Under the pieces are notes generated by a model, which worked only from the letters and a program-made list of their open reading frames with translations, ran no database searches and was not told the origin of the DNA. 64,000 bases of DNA from Psilocybe cubensis (Eukaryota), in NCBI GenBank assembly GCA_017499595.2, contig CM039001.1:1488001-1552000 (forward strand), in the 5' to 3' direction. Shown here one piece after another: positions 16,607 through 30,361 of the stretch; the first letter of the stretch is position 1; each line of letters starts with the position of its first letter. Both the position numbers and the translations under genes were made by a program.

Positions 16607-16852
16607 TCTATCCCTGTGAACCAGTTAAGTTGAGGCAAGCCTTTGTATCTCCACGAAATATTTTATTCGTGCTTTGTATTTTATTTCAACGACACATCGC
16701 AATTAACTTGATACCCAGTAACATCTAAGAAGATACGGCGGCATTGAAAATGGAGAGGTCATCGACAGTTTGTTTTCACTTGTTCGAATGAGCTAATCCT
16801 CTTTAAAGTGTTTGCTAATTTTCATGAACCGTTTGACCTTAGGTCTCGCTGC

Positions 16853-18405
16853 TTAGAACCCAGCGGCCTTTCGAATCGAATCCAACAGAATGTCATTGAA
16901 GTCACCTCCAGCTTCCCAAGTGGCGAAGCCTCGCAGATTAGCTTCCCGAATGAAGTTCCCTTTCGCGGCAAACGACTGGAATAGCAAAATCAAAATCCAT
17001 CAGCTTGTGATCAAGATGGGACGAACCTGTGCGTTATCAAATGATACCATGATCTCGGTTGTTGAGTTGTATGCATATGGCTATAGTGAAATATTTAACA
17101 TGCTTCACAATCGTATGCATCACGAGCACTGACCGTCTGACTACACGAATCAAATCTGAAGGCAATACCATCATTTGGTGTTCCATCAGCTTTCAGGTAT
17201 CCTCCAGCGACCATACCCCAGAAGTCAACATCGCCTCCAGGCGCTTGGGCGTTCCCACATTCGTCTACACCAGCGCCATCATCCCAGGCATCACCTGATG
17301 GATGTGCGGTTGCATCGAATGAAGGATATGCTACAAGTTGAGTGTTGGATCCCTGTACGAATGCGTCCGCCTTGGAGACTTTGAAAGAGTGGCCGTATGC
17401 AGCAACTCCGAGCACTATCTGATGAAAGGGAATGCCTGCCTGGTTCCATCGCTGTACTGCAGAGACTGCTGATCCTTGTTGATTTGCTGGCGAAGCACAG
17501 GTGTCGTTCAACGGTGCATTAGGCCCGACAGATGAACTCCATGGACCCCAGATATCGTAGTTCATGATGGCTATATAATCCAGCACCTTTGCGAAACCGG
17601 AAACATCAGCAAGAGGGCTGCCGTTGGGCCCGAAGAACGGAACAGTGGCGACAGCTGCAGAAAGAATCAACGTGGACCCAAGACTGTCTTTGCGGAGCTC
17701 CTGTAAAAATGCAAGGAAGTTCGCAGTATCGTTGGGGTTGATGGCGTTGCAGCCTATTCCTTGGTTTGCTGGATATTCCCAACTAAAAGGCTGTAAATAT
17801 TATCATCGCAAAAGCAGTAAACCTGCAAAACATACTCGAAATCGATTCCGTCCAGTTTGTATTTCTTCGCCAAATTCAGAACTGTTTTTACGAAAGCGGT
17901 CCGATTGTCTGCCGATCCAACATTAGTAGAAAATCCTGTTGAACCCGTCCAACCTCCGATAGACACCAATGCTTTTACACCCTATTGCTAGTGGTCAAAA
18001 ATGCGTCAAAAACAGTGTGCTAAAAATTTACATTTTTGTGAGCTTCTGAAACGAATTGTGGAAGGAGGTCTGGGTTGGACCCGCTTAAATCAAGAAAATT
18101 GACGTCGGAAGTGGTTTCCCTGTATGTTTTGTCAATTTTAAGGCTCGGTAACAATTTCGATATAAGATATAAACGTACGCGAACGAATATGTCAGGTGGG
18201 TATACTTTGACCAACTCACAGCAGAGAGCGGAAAGCCCGGAGTTGAATCAGAATGCCATCCGGCGTACCAAGCTGAAGCGACTTTAGGTTCGCCATGGCT
18301 CGGACTCGTGTTAATAATGGCGTTCAGATTTAGCTGGCAAAAGGCATTTGGAAGAAAGAGAGGAAATAATCCCAGTGAAGCTATGACTGATGTTCTGTAC
18401 ATCAT
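16853..18405 (-). CDS. Secreted GH18 chitinase
   Basis: Hydrophobic N-terminus, 'YTHLTYSFA', 'VSIGGW', catalytic 'LDGIDFD|WEYP' spanning an intron, 'IMNYDIWG', C-terminal 'GFATWEAGGD'. Confidence 0.93.
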
Positions 18406-18982
18406 AAGCGCAAGGGATGTTCGGCGACGAAGAAACTGTTACGAGTCCTATTGGGAGAGGCTGACACGAAAAACCTACCACTTTATATTGTGGAGAATCT
18501 CTCCAGAAATAAACGATTCCATGTGGAACCAAGTTGCCCTGAGGAACTGATGACCAGGATCTCTGGACATGTACGGACAATCGAGAGTGGGTAGCAGGCG
18601 AATAATCCATGCTAAGAAGACTTCGATCACAGAATAGAACTTGACTGGTCACCCATCAACTGATACTTGCATCATATCGTCACCCTCGTCCTTCCCATCA
18701 GGAGATCCACCGACGTTTCACTATAATAGAAGTTGCTAATTACGGGCGTTGCTTGTTGCCCTAAATATGTTCTAAGGAGTTTTTGCGATCTCATTTCCGC
18801 ATACTTAGTGTCTTCTCATATCGAGAATCCGACGCAATTTGCGCGCCTGACAACAGTGCTTCTAACAAAACTTCAAGGTTCAGGTGTCTCCAAAAATTGC
18901 TCCTTTCGAAGTTCATCGCAAGTTGTCCACTCCCAGGTATAATGTATACGACAAAATAGTTATTGTGCGGAATATCCTTGCC

Positions 18983-21734
18983 TTACAAGCTTTTATCATC
19001 CGCGGCTACAACTGCCTTGGCATCCCCTTTTTCTATGATAGCAACCTTGAGTTTCCTGGTAGACGCTTTGACAGGGTTGGGATCCTAAAATAATTTCTTC
19101 AATATTTAATCTCAGAAGCCGCTGGAAGAATTACCTCAAAGATTTCATTAAGTTCCTCTCTATTTGTCTCTACGTTAGGCATCATGGTTGCAATCATATA
19201 CGTCGTCACGTACAGTGTTCGTCCTTTGGTTTCAACCGCACAAAACCAAATAACCAGGCATTCGAACAGATCCCAAACTATGTAGACAATGTAGTACTGC
19301 AGCACGATATGGATTGTTAAAAGTATAACATGCGATGGAACAATCTGAACCGTACTTTCCAGGTTATGTTGGCAAGGGCGATAGGACCAGCGTACGTATT
19401 GACAAAAGATGCACAGCTGACAGCGAGGGCGTAGCTGATATACTTCATCAATGCTCCGCTCTGCGAAAGAGAAAAGCGACTTACAGCGCCATGCCTTTTG
19501 CCCTGCAGTGATATGAGTGAGAAATTCACTGAGCCAGATTGAAAGAATGCGTACCGAGTGTTATAGTCCAGGCATTCGGCTGGGTATAACGCTTGAAGTG
19601 GGGTATAAGTTATGCTGTATATGAAACCAAACAAGACTTTTTCCGAATTTAGAACAGTTTTCCAGACAAATACCTTCGACTCACAGATGAATGCAATAGC
19701 TGCATTAGCCCCAGAGGGGTTGGCTCCGGTTGCGCCCCATTTCGCGGTGCAACCTATTTACCAGAACAAAAAATTCAGTTTCCTTCATCCAATCCGTAAG
19801 AAAACTTTACCTGTAACAACTGCTAACATTCCTGCACAGGCAAGTGTGCCCCAGAACCACATAGTCCGTCTCCCAACTGACAATAAACTTTTCAGCATTT
19901 GATAAATAGTCGAGGATACTACATACCCTTATCAGTTAGTGATGTTCCAATCACTGCACCGGAAGCCGAGACTAATGTGTTCGCAAAATTCAACGTCAAC
20001 AACCTGTTTTGACTAGTAACGCCCGTATTTGCAAAGAGGATTGGTAGGAAATATCTTGGAAATACTATGAGTAAAAGAACAGTATTGATTTGATTGTAAG
20101 CAATACCCTAGACCATTTCCAGACCATTGCTGGCACATGAATGATGGTAAGCCTCAACAATGAAGACGGCCCAACACTATTTGAAGTCACGCACCCCAAA
20201 AAAGCCCATTAAAAGCATCATAAAAGTTCTATATCTGCTGTTACGGTTATTGAAGAGCTCTGAGTAATCCCACCTGACGTATAGTAAAGGCAATAAGTAG
20301 CGAACAAATATTGGCAAGATAAGTATTACCAGCGTTTGTCAGATGCATTTAATCTGACACCTTCTTCATATTCCTTCCACTCAAGAAGAACCAAAGGAGC
20401 ATTTGGATCATCATTCCCATGATAACGGGCAAGGATTGCACGAGCCTCATCCTTTCTGCCTACAGAAATCAACCAACGTGGTGACTGAGAACGGATCAAT
20501 TTAGTAAGGGATGAATCAAGACAAAATAGTTCAAGAAAGCAGTGAGGACCTCGGGGAGTAGAAATGAAAACACCAAGAGGATGGCTGCGGGGCCGGCCTG
20601 GATACCAAGTGGTATTCTCCATGAAGCAGCAGAATCTATTTTCCCAGTGGCAATGGTAATTCCAGCTGTTGCACTTTTATTCAATATTCTGGACCAAAGT
20701 AACCAAGTAAGAATTAAACCACGTACTGCACAATATCGAGCCCGAATAATAAAAGGCTAGAGGCAGTTGTGTTAACCCATCTCAAAATTACTTTGACGCG
20801 AAAGCATACTGTTGTACCTTCAACCTTGATATCAGCAACGATGGATGAAGCATATGGACAATTATACTTACAACCCAGTTAAGCGTCCTCTCCACTGAGG
20901 GGGAGACATTTCTACCACGTACGCTGGGGCTGCAGTAGTGCTGATAGCAACGCCAAAACCAAGCACAAAACGTCCACCAAGAAGATATGGAACATCTTTT
21001 GCCAGTGTTACAACAATCGCACCTGTGATAAAAATGTGTTAGCGTGGCTGCTGAGTTTAGAAGTTACGATTACTTGCCAATAATGATGATAAAACTTCCA
21101 AGTGCCTGCAGCACAGTCAAATCGCTTTCCAAATACTTTTCCCTTTAATACTTACCATTCCTCCTCGACGCCCAAAAGTATCTGTAACAGGTCCTGCTAT
21201 CACAACGCCGGCGATACTACCGATGGAGTACTATTTGATTTTAGATGAGTAGGTGCAAGAAGAGTATCCTATAAAGGAATAACTCACGATTCCAAAAATA
21301 ATAGCGGTTGTGGTTCCGACACCTCCACCCTCGCCCTCAATGCCAAAATAGTTTAGATATTGTCTGTGACCGAGATATAAATAATTGCTTAGACGCCGAG
21401 AAAATATACTTGCTTCATGGCATTCACGGCACTCATAACTATCCAACACATTGATCAAGGATTGATTGTGCATTGAATTCCTACACAACGCACCTGACCC
21501 ATCAAAACCATTGGAAAGGGATCCCATAAAGGCTACAAGCATGATTGCGAATAGCTGAATTGATCGAAGGCTAGTTGCCTTTAACTGGGGCCCTGTAGCT
21601 AAAGCAGCTGCATAATCGGCGTTAGCAACTTGAAGGACTACAGTGTTTTGAGCTTCCTCCGGATTTTGAGAACGATGGAACTTCTCATTCTCTATCTCGT
21701 TATGAGAGAAATTCGGCGGAGAATTGACAGACAT
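18983..21734 (-). CDS. MFS sugar porter, lactose-permease/cellodextrin-transporter-like; many short exons
   Basis: 'SNGFDGS', 'DTFGRRGG', 'PAYVVEMSPPQWRGR', 'SWRIP', 'PESPRWL', 'YPAECL', 'VETKGRTLEEL'. Stop TAA at 18983-18985. Confidence 0.9.
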
Positions 21735-22490
21735 AGAGGAGGTGTTGCTGAGTCTCTATGGCATTAGATGGTTTTTATACCATTCGAGTAGAGGTAGCGC
21801 CCTAATTGAGTACATCACCCGCGCATATCGACATTCGGAAAATTAAACAACCAAACGGGAATATCTTCTCTGAGCCAAAGAAACCAAGCCCAAATTCGAT
21901 AACTTAGGATGAACAGTCGATCGCCCAGCAATAATCCTGCAGACTATATGTTGCGCATTAACATGGCTCTAGAGAAACTGAGGGCATTTTCAAGCCCTGG
22001 CGGGGTGATGTCGGAAATTCCAGGGTAAAAATTGTTTTTCCGTGGGTATTATGTGGAGGTTATAGGAATAACTCTTCGTCTATATGGCCTGTATGCCATA
22101 TGACAACTGGGTAAGCGACACGTTAAGGAAGGTCAAAAAAACCTATGAATGCAAGTTGGTTCTCGACTCACCTTTCGTGGCATAAAAAACTTGTCTGTCT
22201 CAGTCAACTCAAGAGTACGTAGCATTTGTTTCTGACAGACGTTGAATATTCGTCGAGATCTAATGCTGAGACTAACTCAGATGTCAGTGACCACTCGATT
22301 CAAGTTGTAGAGTACATGAAGGGACTGTGATACCCGTGTTTAAACCGACAGGTGTGCTTAGCAAATCACTTAACCAACTCTTCAGGGGCCATAAAACGCG
22401 GTCACGTCACAGCGACACGGTCACGCGATCTTAGTGGATGTCGAAAGGTTGCAAAACGTTGAGATTGAAATCTTCTTCCTTGATTTTGCT

Positions 22491-24010
22491 ATGTCTGTTG
22501 TGGACTCAAATCCTTACTCAAAGCTGAAATTGTGGCTAGCTTCTCATGGAGGAGGGTTTCATCCTAATACCTGCTTTTGCGAAGGTATCCATCTATTCAT
22601 TCATTTCTCATTGATTTCTTTGGCACAATTTGAAGAATCAATATCAATGTCATACCTATATCATGGAGAACGCTGTGCTTGCTAGGTGTCAGCTAACTTT
22701 GGCGCCTTTATGAATATAGATGATTCAGGATCGCACGTTATTGCAACTGCAGACTTGGGACAGGATTCTGTTATCGTCGAGTGTCCCTTTCAACTTATAA
22801 TCACCAAAGAATCCGCAAAAAAGGCTGTCTTGAACATTCTGCACGGAGACGTCCCTAACATTGCTTACGAAACTTGGACGGAACGACAGTGGATATGTAC
22901 TTATATTGCACTTCATTGGATCTTGGGTTCATCAGAGAAGAGGTAAGAACGCCTCTTTATCTCTCTTCGGCTTTCGCTAAATATTCGTTTTTGACCTTAG
23001 ATTACTTCATTTTGAATATCTAAACACGCTCCCTACTCCCGGCCAATTGAAAACGCCACTTCATTTTTCTCCATCAGAACTAGACCTTTTTAAAGGAACA
23101 AATCTGTATAGTGCAACTCTGGATCGCCAACGCGAATGGAACGAAGAATGGAGTAGTTGTCGCTCCATTGTCAGCCAAGCTAACGCAGAAACTGGAGCAT
23201 GCTTTGAATGGTTCGCTTGGTTCGAATTAATCTGCCACTGTACATTGAACGCTATTTAGGGAACTGTATCTCAGAGCCGCAACGTACCTATCCTCCAGAG
23301 CTTTCCCCTCGTCTTTACTCGCCGAGACGCCTTCACTCGTGAGCACTCCGTTCACTGGACCTATTCTTATACCTGGCGTGGACGCATTAAACCACAAACG
23401 CGGAGAACCAGTATCCTGGCTTGTCAATCATACATCGGATAGCACTACCCAATCCAAGATATCACTTGTACTTCACTCATCCGCAGTCAGTGGTCAGGAA
23501 TTGTTCAACAACTACGGACCGAAGCCGAACTCAGAGCTTATCTTGGGATACGGCTTCTCCACTCCTCGCAATCCGGACGATACCATGGTATTGAAGATTG
23601 GTGGAATTGGCGGACAGAAATGGGAAATTGGTCGCTCTGGAGAACGCGTTGACGGCTTGTGGACAGAAATTCTCAACACTATTGTTGAGGCTGAGGATAA
23701 CAAGCCAACCTACGAAGATATATTGGATGCGTCGGGTATGTTGCAAGAAATGGTACAAACTCTGATAGAGCGGCTGCCAGAAGACCGCATTCCGGAAGAT
23801 AGTGAAGTCCGCCCGGAGGTTGCTACAATGTTCCTTGATTACCTGGAAGGTCTGTTTTGTTCTCAAGGCATACCATGTTGAACATTAAATTGAGTTTCAT
23901 TAGGTCAGCGGGACATCTTACGATCCCTTATGACGTTTGCAACACAACGAGAACATGACGCAGTTGAGATAGCACGTCAGCAAGGCATTGACCTAGTATT
24001 GGAAGATTAA
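22491..24010 (+). CDS. SET-domain protein lysine methyltransferase (Rkm/SETD3-like class)
   Basis: 'YLSSRAFP', 'LIPGVDALNH', 'ELFNNYGPKPNSELILGYGF'. Stop TAA at 24008-24010. Confidence 0.9.
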
Positions 24011-24114
24011 GGGCTGAGCGCTGAATCTCAAATTCGAGTTGAGTTACTCTTACGGCACTCCATTGAAACAGGCTGCAAAAAGTTATGCAAATTACAAGTA
24101 TACAATCGATCTGG

Positions 24115-27100
24115 TCACAATCCAACCCATGTAAATGACTTTTCAAGTTCAACTTCGCCCTCTAGTCGGATATCTACTAACGACGCTCCTACATGGATAC
24201 CAAAGACGCCTTGCTCCGCGATCCAGTGCATATTTTCATGCTCGTAGAAACTTAAAGCTACCCGGTTAAGAGCCACTTTCACCAACTTGACTTCCCCGGC
24301 TTTCAAAGTAACCTTGGCAAAGCTCTGGAGCTCTTTTGGGGCTCGAGGAAGAGAGGACTTTGCATCTGAAACGTAAACCTGTGCTGACTCTTTGCCATCC
24401 ATGTTGCTGATGTTTTTGATTCTGAAGGACACCGAAAAATCTCCTGCTGGTGATATCTTCGATATCTGGAGATCTGAGTACTCATATTGAGAGTAAGAGA
24501 GGCCATATCCGAATGGGAAAAGAGGCTCGATCTTCTTGATTTGATAGCCTCGATAACCGACAAAAATTCCCTGCCACAATGAGATCCGTAAACAATATAC
24601 CAGCGAAGGATGATCTCAGCTACCTCATTATAATACACTTTGCCTCGTTCTTGCACCTTGCTTCCAAAAGAAGGGTAGGAAGGGTTATCCTCCAGCCGTT
24701 TCCTGTATAAAATGCCAGCATGGGTCTGTAGCATCAGAAGGCTATAAGGAAATAGCACTCACGGGAATGTTAAAGGAAGCTTTCCGGAAGGATTGACTTT
24801 GCCAAACAGAACATCCGCCAAACCATTGCCAAGTTCGTTTCCTCCGTAGAAGGCTTGCACCAGTGTTGAAGCTTCATCTATCCATGGCATTTCAACCGGA
24901 GTTCCCGATTGGTTCACCACGATAGTGTTAGGATTAGCCCGCAATACCTCAAACACCAGCTCATTGGTCAACCCAGGCAATCTGAATAAGAATTAGAGCA
25001 ATGTACAGTCTAGTGGATTAGACGCCTACGCCATATCTGAACGGTCGTGCCCCTCACTTTCCCAACTACATACAGTAAAGAAAAGGATTAGCATATATTG
25101 TGGCTATTTGAGTCGATTGCCTTCACTCACTCATGGTTCAGTCCAATGACCAGAATAGCCACTGTAGAGCAAAGAAAGTTCAGAGAGAGACAACAAAGAT
25201 AAATGAGCAAATCCGTACCATCAGACAGTTTAGCAAGCTGAACAGCATCCTGTATGGCGGTTCTTCCATCTACCTTTCGAATCCCACCAAGGCGAATACC
25301 ACCCCAGCATACGTACGGTGTGCCCCGGGCGGCAAATTCGGTATTGGATATCCTGATTTCCAGGTCGTACTCTTGTCCAGCTTTCAGCCCCTCGACCACG
25401 ACACGGACATCCTCAGTGCCTAATCCAAAGAACGCTTCACCTCTGGAAGGCTTTGTACTCAAGTCGATAACCAATTTGCCATTCATGAAAAGATTCCCAC
25501 GTCCAGCTATGTTCATGCCAATCTCCCAATCTCCGCTTTCATCAGGTACAAACTTGGTTGAATACTGTGCAAAGTTGTATCAATTCGTTGCAGCAACCAA
25601 TTTACACTGACACAACGTACGCGAGACCAGCAAATTAAATTGACTTTAGTTTCATCCTAAAAAAGAGTTAATGGAGTCAGCAGTCGACATTTATACATTA
25701 TAAAAACTTTCACAATTCCATCCATCAAGAAGCAATTTGTCCCGAGTGTAGGGGTGCTCCATGCTGCAGGTGGCAGAGGACTACCGAAATCGGGAGAGGT
25801 TGCGAGAAAATCAGTAGAGGGGGCCTCATTCCAAAATTCAATACATGCCCCCCTTTGCTCAGTCGACCGGTGAATATACGGGTCTAGCAGTGGGAGGTAT
25901 TTATGTGATGTCGCCCCTACGGTATATTTCACCTCTGCATTAATCTCTTTGGCTGCGGCAATGATTCCTTCCAATGGGGAGACCGTGTACGTTGACAAGA
26001 GTCTGGCAGAACCTCCACCGGATGTTACAGCGTGTTTGGCATTGGGACCAATAACAGCGATCTTTTTGTGCTGATCACGTAGCGGGAGAATGGCCTTATC
26101 GTTTTTTAGCAAAACAATTGCATCCGCTGCAGCTGTTCGAAGTAATCCCCTCAGCTCTGGTGTATCGATGTATTCCTCTGGGCCATTGAAAGGGATTCCT
26201 GATTCATGACCTCGTTTGACGAGTTCTAGTACCTTGACGTTGTGACAAGTAAGCATGATGGCAAGCCTGAATTGTCGATAATTACTTTGGTGACTCGCTC
26301 GTCAACGTCGCGCAATGAAACCTTCTGTGCAATAATAGCTCTTTCCAAGGCCTTGCCTCGCATGACCGACGGTCCTCTGAGATACCCAAGTCTGTTAAAG
26401 CTATATATTTCGCAGAGAGAATCAAACTGACGGCATTTCAAGATCCAATCCTGCTTTAATACTTCCTGTTGTGCTATAAACACCAATCCAGTCGCTCATG
26501 ATAAGACCTAGACTCTTCAGGTCAGCGTTATGAGTAGGTTATGCTCGATTTCAAACCTTTAAATCCCCATTCCTAAAATATTATGTACCGTATAAGAACA
26601 CCATCAAGGACTGCTCGGATAAACAGGGGCATGACCTTTCGAAGTATATCATTAAGTAATCTTTTGTTCTCAGAGACGTGTAATCCGTTTACTCGGTTGT
26701 AACTAATGTTCAGGTTAAATGTATCCCATAGTCGTGTAAGTTGCGCTGGATCAAACTCACGCAGACATTACAGCCCAGGGATTGGCATTCTTGATCGCAA
26801 TTTGAAAGGGTTTCAAATAAATTTCCCGCAGTGCTCTTTCACTGAGTTCGCCTACAAGAATAAGAGCTTGACAGGATGCTGGAAGAGGATGAAACATACT
26901 ACTGATTGAAAACCTATATACACTAAAAGTGTCAGAGTGATCATTTGTATACGCCGATATAGTGAAACCTTTCGAATTCTTGGTCATTGGCCACGAAGTG
27001 TTTAATTGTTGCGCTGACACCCTTGGATTGAAGTCCGTTGATGTATGCCGCTGCGATTGTCCCACTCAGTACAGGATCTTCGGAGAAAGATTCAAAGCCA

Positions 27101-27660
27101 CGACCACCCAGTGGCGATCGCTGAATGTTGACAGTTGGTGCAAGTAAAACATGGGTGCCTAGCCATCAATTAGACGCCAGTAAGGAGGAAGCGTCGAAGG
27201 CTAACTTTTGGCGCGGCACTCATCTCCAAGGGCCTCTCCAATCTTTCGAGCTAAATCGATATCGAATGAAGAGCCAAGGCCAGTGGAAGAAGGAAAGCAA
27301 CTGGCTGGAACGCCATTAAAAACTGGGTTCATAGGAATTAAAGTGTTGAAGTAAGAGTGTGGAACAGAGCATACATCGAGTCCCTCGCACTCCGTTGGGA
27401 CCTTGGTCGAAAGTGAATAGAGGGTTGCTGTTCCTTGGAGAGAAAGCGTACCATCACTCAGTCGCAAAGAAGGAACACCGGCGTCTGGTATAGGTTCTGT
27501 GTGCCACCATCCCTGAAGAGAAATAGTCATCTTAGTACTGCATGACGCATATAGCGCGACCGCAAATGATTATTACAAGCCCAGTGAGAAGCTTTATCTT
27601 CTGAGATAGGGTGAGCTTTGCCAAAGTGGCTGGAACATCAAAATCAGCGGTTATAGACAT
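24115..27660 (-). CDS. GH3 beta-glucosidase with PA14 insertion and C-terminal FnIII domain, probably intracellular
   Basis: 'LRLSDGPNGVRG', '[17 protein letters not shown]', 'IKHFVAND', nucleophile motif 'IMSDW', 'IVLLKN', '[11 protein letters not shown]'. No signal peptide ([10 protein letters not shown]...). Confidence 0.95.
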
Positions 27661-27971
27661 GAATCACTACAGCAGCTCGGAGATGGGCACTAAAAGCCCA
27701 AGAACTGAGGCAATATCGGATCAGTGTGGGAGCAGGAACGGTATCTTTGCTGAGTGCTGCTCACCGCGGGCACGTGCAGCGATGTGGGGTTCGGACCGCG
27801 GGGCCGCTGAAGGAGTGGATTTGCATCTTTCCTCATCCACCGTCGCTGCCGCCAATCCACCCAGACACTACGCTTTTCAGGCACGCAATTTACATTTATA
27901 GAGTGCAACAATCGTCTGTAAATTTCTTCCACCGCCATGGCGTTGACTATCACTTTGAAGTGCGTCGTTTT

Positions 27972-29480
27972 ATGAATGTGAACCCCAGCTTGTGTGATTC
28001 CGAACCCGGCATTATTAGAGCCCGTGGAAAGAGGCGAATAATTGAGAGTCCTTCCCCTGAACTGGCCTCTTTGTCGTCTGGCTCGGAACCTCCTCACCCG
28101 ACAAAGAGAGGTGTGCTTGTTGCAGTCTCATTTACACAGTGCACTCATTGTAAAACACAAAAACAGCTCGACGCGCAGAAACTAGGCCATGTCCCGTCTG
28201 CAATGAGCAGATCCCGCTGCGGCTGCTCCCTATGCATGCCCAGCTAGAGTCAGAGAGGGTCGAAGAGGTCGTCAAGAGAGTGGGCTCGTTGGATGTGGCA
28301 TATGAAGACCTGGTGGATGAGTGCGTTCGTCGTATGAATATCTACCAACTTTGGTTGCATCAACTAACCTTTGTTCTTAGGCCAGGGCCAAGTTCGCGAG
28401 CTCGTCGGTCCGCTATCAAGGCCCGTAAATCAATGACCACAACCCGCACCCACGACTCTTTGGATGAATCGACCAGAACGATTCAAAGTGTGAAACGCCG
28501 TCGAAAGCGGCGCAATGCCAAGCTGAAGGACATGTTAAAAGAAGAGGAAGAGGGACACAGCTCCAGAACATCGTGGCTTCGACGCTTTACAGGGGAAGAA
28601 ATCAACTGTCCTGTCTGCAATGCAGTCGTCAGAGGCGATCAGGACGTGATTGACGCGCATGTTGATGCATGTCTAGCTCACGAGAGCTCGAGATTGGAAG
28701 AAGCACGTCAACGGGAAGCTTTGCATCAGAGTGCGCTGGATGAGGAGAACTGGAATAACCCAGACGACAACGGAGGATATGTGGGAGACATACGAGGTAA
28801 GTTTGTTATCATGTATTCATTGCCAACCAATTTACCAAAACTATCTAACAAGGCGCTGGATTCTATAGACGTGCGGACGACGAATGCGTGGACGAAGATA
28901 TAGACATAGATGGAGACGATCAAGCTGTCTTTGGCGAAGTACAATTTACAGAGAGTGATATCGTTCCAGTGCAACGACCTCAAGAAGACATTGACGAAGA
29001 TGTTGATATTGAAATTGAAGCCACTGACGATGTTGAGCCTCTTGCAAGTGTACAGACGTCGTCGCAACGTCAAATACCTGGACAAACAGACGAAACTGCT
29101 TCGCCTCGCTTGGATGTTACTGGCATGACTGAATTAACTAAATCCGAGCTCGCCGTTCTATCTGCTCGACAACGCAGAGATAAAGCCGCTTTGGTCGTAG
29201 CTCTAGAAAACAAGATAAGGCTAATGGTCAGTCATACTATCACTTTGGCCCTGTCATTCTCTGAACTCCAAAATCCTTCGCGCAGGAATCCACCGCTTCA
29301 CCGCCGGGTGCTCTGCTATGCAGAATTTGTATAGACCCTTATACAGAGCCAACTGTTTCAACGGGTTGTTGGCATACGTGTTGTAAAGAATGTTGGTTAA
29401 GATGTCTTGGGTCAACGAAACTTTGTCCTATATGTAAACGGATCACAAGCGCATCAGACTTGCGCAGAATATACCTTTAA
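27972..29480 (+). CDS. RNF220-like RING E3 ubiquitin ligase with two additional CxxC zinc fingers
   Basis: 'CPVCNEQIPLRLLPMHAQLE', 'CPVCNAVVRGDQDVIDAHVDACL', and C-terminal RING 'CRICIDPYTEPTVSTGCWHTCCKECWLRCLGSTKLCPICKRITSASDLRRIYL*'. Confidence 0.85.
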
Positions 29481-29897
29481 AGCTTCCTAGCTATAATACG
29501 GTTTTCAGTGTTTTGTCTTCAATGTAATCTGCGCACTTGATTAGTTTCACGAACTGATGCGGAATAGGAATACTGAAAATGGGCTCATATCTGGCCTCGT
29601 CGAGTCGTCACAGTCACCGACTCTGGTAAACCAGTAACAGAACGCGGTTACAACACAGAGACCACAACAAAGGCTCAAGTAGCTGAGGGTGACTCAGGGT
29701 GCAAATATGCGCACCACCACGACATATGTAATCGTTGCTCTGGTACAGTAAAAGGATGCAGGGCTCACCATAGACCACGCAAAAGCAACTATTCACCCAT
29801 TCATACTAGTCCGCACGCATAAAAATTCGATTAATGAAGTGGCTTAATTCGCCTTTTGAATTACGGGATAACATAAGTTTACAAGGCGCAAGGGCAT

Positions 29898-30215
29898 CTA
29901 TGCAAGAGGGCTAATCAACCTGCGGAGAAAGGTTAGTCAAAGGTTCAACATGTAGTGTAGTTTTCTACGCACTTGATCAATGAAGGCTGAGGGTTGCTCC
30001 TTGTGAATCCGACATAGATAATGAAAGGGATCCAGCCGTAGTGAAGGACAGTCTGTAGAAGGGCGTTGAGAGCGGCTCCAATGGGTCAAAGTCAACAATA
30101 GTCTGAACGTACGCGTCCAACCTCGATAACCTTGCTGATACGTTCCTAGAAGGTAGTAAGCATCCCGTTCTATAGTTCCATAGAATGGCCATACCTTTGT
30201 CTCTTCCGAAGGCAT
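29898..30215 (-). CDS. TOM7: Mitochondrial import receptor subunit Tom7 (four short exons; not captured by the ORF track)
   Basis: Spliced product approximately [51 protein letters not shown]. 'HYGWIP' and 'LISPLA' are Tom7 signatures. Confidence 0.92.
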
Positions 30216-30361
30216 CTTAATGGGAGTTTTTGGTGGGTGAAGACGAGTGACGAAGAGAGCGGCAGTCGAACAGTGAAAGTTCTCGGCAATGGCCGAGGAC
30301 AACTTTTTCGGTGTTGTGCCCGGACCTCTATCAGCACTCACTTCTCCAAGCAAAATAAAAG

